The translations under genes were made by a program, and so were the position numbers. 64,000 nucleotides of DNA from Eledone cirrhosa (lineage: Eukaryota): NCBI GenBank assembly GCA_964016885.1, contig OZ024740.1:347944001-348008000 (forward strand). Direction: 5' to 3'. Under the pieces are notes generated by a model, which saw only the letters and a list, made by a program, of their open reading frames with translations, did no database searches and was not told the DNA's origin. Shown here in pieces: positions 58,092 to 64,000 of this stretch (position 1 is its first letter; every line of letters begins with the position of its first letter).

Positions 58092-58477
58092 CAACAACAG
58101 CTCTCTCTCTCTCTCTCTTCCATTATCCTTCTCTTCTTGTGGTCTTCTTCTGTCTTGTCGTCTCCGTTGATTTTCTGCTTCCACAAAAGCTGGCAGGCCA
58201 TTCTAGAGGTGGAGGTAGTGACTCCGAGCTATTCATCCTGTGTCTAGTAGCGATAATTCCTACCCGGTGTGTTTCCCTGAGAGGTTCGTGACCAATTAGT
58301 TGCGCGCAATGGAGGTGGCTGAGGCTGTTGTGTGTATATTTGTGGTTGTGCTGTTGTTACTGTGTGGTGTATATGTTACTCTGTAAGTTGGTATTGTTAT
58401 TGTTGTGACTGGTGTGTGCCATGTTGTGTATATTGTGAAGGCTTCCTCTGCTGTTACTTGTGCCTCTTTTTTCTGGA

Positions 58478-58542
<65 letters not shown>

Positions 58543-58632
58543 TTAGTTAAGCAAAACAAGACCACAGATTTCACAAGGAAGACATTATTAAAAGATTGTC
58601 AACATATTTTAGTTTGATGTAAGGAATGTAGA

Positions 58633-58667
<35 letters not shown>

Positions 58668-59019
58668 TCCGTTTACAATTGTTTCGCTACTCCATATAAT
58701 ATTTCTGGATCAGATGACTATGTATCAGAATTGATCTGGTTCAGTTGAAAATAATTAACATATTTAAAAAAACAGAGTGGCTCATCGGAACTCATCGGAA
58801 CATTTGTGGTCTTGTTTTGCTTAATTAATGAATATTTCCAGCTCTGCGCACCTAACCTCTGCATGAACCCAGCCACCTAGCTCCTTTCTACTGAATATTG
58901 CACATTGAGCACATGCCTTTACGCTTTGGCTTCTAACTAACTCACCAATCTTTCCTCTCATATCTCCTCTACTATCTCCATCTCTCTCTTTAAGATTGGT
59001 TACTCTTGAACTGTGTATA

Positions 59020-59195
59020 TAGGAATTGTGGTAAGGAACCAGATGGACCATAACGCACCAGAGTACTCAATACTTAGGGTAGTAGAGTGGGTAATAGGAA
59101 AAAGTATGACCCCAACGGCAGAGCTCAAGCCGTTTCGACGGCTATTTCTGGACTCAGTCCAGAAATAGTCGTCGAAACGGCTTGACCTCTGCCGT
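59020..59195 (-). mobile_element. PLE leader or pLTR fragment with terminal ~80-bp palindrome
   Basis: Reverse complement of 59020-59140 matches 47358-47475. 59114-59195 is a near-perfect palindrome. Confidence 0.7.
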
Positions 59196-59242
59196 TTTCC
59201 TATATATATATATATATACGTTTATATATATATATACGTTTT

Positions 59243-59325
<83 letters not shown>

Positions 59326-59403
59326 ATAGAGGGTGCACCCCAAAAATGCATACACACGTCAAAAGCATTCTAATAAACATGTGTATATACACACGTCAAA
59401 AGC

Positions 59404-59434
<31 letters not shown>

Positions 59435-59553
59435 TGTGTGTGTGTGTATTTATATATACGAATGTGTGTGTAGGTGTATACACTGTGTAGGTGTATTCAT
59501 ATGTATTGACATCAACACACCCACATGCCTGTACCTAAATATATATATATATA

Positions 59554-60275
59554 TATGGAAAAGAATGAAGCGAAATTTCATTTCTCACTCTTAGTACGGC
59601 TGATATTTAAATGTAAGTGTGTATACGTACATACATATATGTATACAGACGTACAGTAGTATGTATATATATACATACATGCACACATATATATATATAT
59701 ATATACGTATGGATTTACCGAACATTTATTATAATGTTCGGTTTGTTTGTAAACAAACATCCCGAATTACGCCGTACAGTTTTCGGCAACCATCGTCGCC
59801 TTTTTGTTCAACACTGACACAGAAACGATGTACTAGTTTCAAGCTTATTAGCTATCGCCAGCATCGTATACCTTCCTGTCAGATGATTGGACGTTTCAAA
59901 GTATATACTTTCCTTATGCATATTAACGGCTGAGCAGCCCAATTTGCATATCGAGTGAGTTAGTTGGCCGGGCGTACCGAAAACGATAAATGGAAAAGAA
60001 TGAAACGAAATTTCATTTCTCACTCTTAGTACGGCTGATATTTAAATGTAAGTATGTATACGTACATACATATATGTATACAGACGTACAGTGGTATGTA
60101 TATATATACATACATACGGCGTAATTCGGGCTGTTTGTTTACAAACAAACCGAACATTATAATAAATGTTCGGTAAAGCTATACGTGCATATATATATGT
60201 GTGCATGTATGTATATATATACATAATACTGTACGTCTGTATACATATATGTATGTACGTATACATACTTATATT
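59554..60275. repeat. Nested direct and inverted duplication
   Basis: About 59554-59680 repeats at about 59990-60114. About 59615-59777 is inverted at about 60114-60271. Confidence 0.8.
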
Positions 60276-60382
<107 letters not shown>

Positions 60383-60864
60383 GTATGTATTCATATGGAT
60401 TTTTAAAAAAACTGTATACCATTGAATGAGCACGGAAGACAGCAAAGTAGAGTTAAAAAAAGGGAAAAAGAGAAAGAGAAAATATGGATGTAGGAAAATA
60501 AAAAGGAAAGATAAATAGGATAGGGTGACTATAATTAAAATATATTATTGCGATTCCATTATTTTTACCTGGTGATATTGCATGAATCTCGAACAAGTAT
60601 GTTATAGAAGAAAATGATCAAATTGCATAGCATATCTTTTTTCCATATGCTGGATCAATGGGATAGAATACCCAAACATGTTATGACAGAGGTAATACTT
60701 GAAGATTAACTGATTTTTACTGTGATCTATCAATCGATGAAAGCTAGAGTGATGCTACGATTTCATGCAACATATTTTAGCTTTGAAAAGGATTTATATA
60801 TAATTTATTACGATATAACATATACATACGTACACACACATACATAACATGTATGTGTGCGTGC

Positions 60865-60928
<64 letters not shown>

Positions 60929-61137
60929 ACGTATACGCACACACACACACACACATACATATGCACATATGTATAGAGGATGATCGTTTCACACTGGAGT
61001 TAAATTGAATTAAGATTAAAAAAATGTATATGCTATTAGGTAGAGTGGAACAAATATTTTATAAAAATCTGATTCGTTGAAACACTGACACGAGAAATAT
61101 TACATACATACACACATACCTACATACATACACATAC

Positions 61138-61197
<60 letters not shown>

Positions 61198-61209
61198 GTA
61201 CACACATAC

Positions 61210-61247
<38 letters not shown>

Positions 61248-61649
61248 TGTGTGTGTGTGTGTATAAATGTTAGAAATAATTGCTAGTCAGAGTTTTTCCA
61301 ATATGCATTGAATATTTGTGCGTTCAGACGATGAATTATACTCTCGTTTCTTCGTCGCAATATTGGATAACATTAGCCAATATTAGATAGGATAATTAGA
61401 ATATATAAATTTATATATATATATACCATTTAAGTTAGTTTGACAAACAATGGGTAGAACTGGTGGTTCTGGAGGTAACATATTAAACAAAGCACTCAAA
61501 GTTATGCAAGTCATCCATCGTAGATGCAGTATCCAGTGGTTGGTGCAAGAACAAAAGAAGGCCTGGCTGGAAAATTTGCTTTGCAATTTTAATTCTGTGA
61601 GATCGCTCTACATATTTCCTTGGCCCAGCTCTATCATCCAATTATAATT

Positions 61650-61785
61650 CTTTCTATATTTAGCACAGGGCCAGCAATTATTCCAGTGCATTACTGGTCT
61701 TTATTTTATCGAACTCCTAAGGATGAAAGGCAAAGTTAACCTCGGCGCACCCGACCCTCTATCGATACTGTTAATCCACCGCCAA
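61650..61785 (-). mobile_element. SINE with internal deletion (same family as 5726)
   Basis: Tail, core and 5' end present; middle missing. Confidence 0.75.
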
Positions 61786-62029
61786 TCCATCATCCAATTA
61801 TAATGGAAGACGGGACGATCTCATCAGGTGACTTCCTCAGAATTACTTAACAGGTTTACGTTGAACGCAAATTTATAATGGAAGACAGGAGAGAGAGAAT
61901 AGAAAATTGAAAATTCGATTCGGCGACTGCCTAATATTTGTTTTTCCTTAGGTGGTCCTTCTGGTCCTGATCAAAGCTTTTCTCATCAGCGTAAACAAAA
62001 GTATTGCAACTTGCTCAACATGCGCTTTG

Positions 62030-62362
62030 CACGGCTCGCAGCCTGGACTCAGACTGGCTCACGCACCAGCTCGGCCAGCACCACTTTGCCTGTTTTCGTG
62101 TGGCCTCCAAACCCCACAGTGGTGCCTGGTTCCATGCCTTGCCCTCCTTCTCCCCTGGCACGCAGCTGGATAACGATAGCCTGCGCATCGGCGTTTCCTT
62201 GAGGCTTGGACTCCAGATCTGCGAGCTAAACAAATGTTGCTGTGGATCCACCGTGGACTCTTTCGGCCTCCACCCGCTTTCCTGACACCACAGTGCCGGC
62301 CGCCTTCCACGCCATGCTTCCCTCAACGAGGTAATAAAGCATGGCTTGGACGCTGCAGGCGT
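62030..62362 (+). pseudogene. CRE-like non-LTR retrotransposon fragment (CCHC region before the restriction-like endonuclease)
   Basis: HSGAWFHALPS..GTQLDNDSLRIGVSLRLG..CCCGSTVDSFGLHPLS*HHSAGRLPRHASLNEVIK. Confidence 0.75.
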
Positions 62363-64000
62363 TATTGATTTTCTATTTTTTCTTATCGATACTTGTCTGC
62401 AACTTTCTTCAAATGTTCTACGTGTCGTTTCCTTTACTAGGTTAGTCTAATGTCTATCATTATTTATCTGAAAAGAAATGATGAACAGGACAAGTTAGAA
62501 AAAAGTTAGTACTATTAAAATGTGTATCCGCAACGAACTATAAACCCTATAAAAAGATTTTCAACCCATCATATTTTCAGACAAACTAGATATATGACTA
62601 TTCTATTCATTTGGCTGGGATGATATGCAGAGATTTTAACTGTTCTATCTATCAGATTGGGTAATTAGATAATGTTTCTTTTATTGGTTCTTATACTGAT
62701 GTCTCTGTGTACATGCCAGTGTAGAGAAAACTTAATTAGTTTTACTATTGAAAACCCTGTTTATGCGCTTATAACAACATTGATTCCGTTAGGTTCTTCT
62801 ATATGAGAAATGTATTTGCATAGACATATCCGTATGTTTAACAAATATATATTTATTGTCAGCGTGTTTTGCAGCTTTTAATGAAGATCTTTCGTTACAT
62901 ATTTATCAGAGATCAGTTGTCTCTCCCTTCCAACGCAGGCGAACATATTTATTGTACATTAGTTAGAGGAAGATATAAACAAGATTGTTCCAAACATACG
63001 AAAATGTAAATAATGATACAAAGTTGAAAACTGAGCTGTCAACCTTGTATTGCTAACTATATAACATAGGATGTAAATATATATATCTATACGGATCTAC
63101 AATACGTACGATAGATTTGTATGTTGAGTGACGTCGAGTAAGAGGCATACGGTGACCAATGCTACCTTGAAGCCAATTCACGTCTCTTTTCCATTAAATA
63201 TTTGTAAAGACATGAGCATCACAGTGTCTTGTTTCTATCCCCCAACAATAACTTCTGTACCCTACTAAATAAAAAGCACCCAGTTTGAATAAACTGAGAA
63301 AGGATCTTCTACGTGGCTGCTCAACCTGAGAGGATTAGGGAAGATATCCCTTTCAAATCACGCCGTGTCACTAAAAAAATGAAGAGACCAGGCCGGCGCC
63401 ACCTTTAGGCTATCTAGGCAACCTCGGGCAGGGAACTCAGAAAGGCACATTACTTAACCTGAATATGTCACAGTTATATACAAATCTACGTAATTGAATT
63501 AAATACGTAATAATTTTCTTTGGTCGATAAATATATCAATAAACTTAGTTGACGTATAAAAGTATAGTAAACATATTCAAATTATTAGAGAGAGAAGTGC
63601 CGTGCTGTAGCATGGTTCGGGGAGGGCGAATGATGTCTATGTAATAGAAACTGCAGTCTTAGTACTTTTCATTGTGTGCTCAGAGTAAGAAACGTAAAAA
63701 ACTAGGATTATTTGTTTCTATTTTACCATGATAGCCCAATTCATGCTGGTTTAGAACAAGAGTTAATTAACTTGATAGGTAGTTTATTTTATCAACTTTC
63801 GAAGAAAATGTTGATCTCGGCAGGACTTCAAATCAGAACATAAAAAAGATGGAACAACTATCGCAAAGCATTTTTTCTGAGATGTGTACGTATCTGCTAA
63901 TCCATCACTTACGAACTATAATAGATGATTTATAAATTCCTGGCTTACTTTCTGATATTCTAAGGTACATTCTTTCTGATATTCTAGTGTACCTCAGTTG

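Overview
AT-rich eukaryotic repeat-dominated DNA with no host gene I can support. An octopod cephalopod origin is inferred from the SINE family and the (TA)n/(CA)n load. The window is mostly Penelope-like retroelements (PLEs; RT plus C-terminal GIY-YIG endonuclease) inserted into (TA)n microsatellites. It also holds tRNA-derived SINEs, two R4/Dong-like copies, CRE-like and RTE-like LINE fragments, a mariner remnant and a 200-N gap. The best-preserved element (16755-22752, minus strand) is young: its two 1.36-kb pseudo-LTR copies differ at 5 positions by my reading, it has a 5' inversion, and its RT-EN frame is broken only by one in-frame TGA right after the YIG motif. Reading both strands, I find about 21 minimal type-I hammerhead-like motifs from several families, several with recurrent non-canonical cores (CCGANGA, CAGTTGA, TTGAAAA). 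There are also more than a dozen fold-back (inverted) duplications, including a duplicated ~420-bp palindromic unit with a hammerhead on each strand. Clade names are from motif recall and need phylogenetic confirmation.
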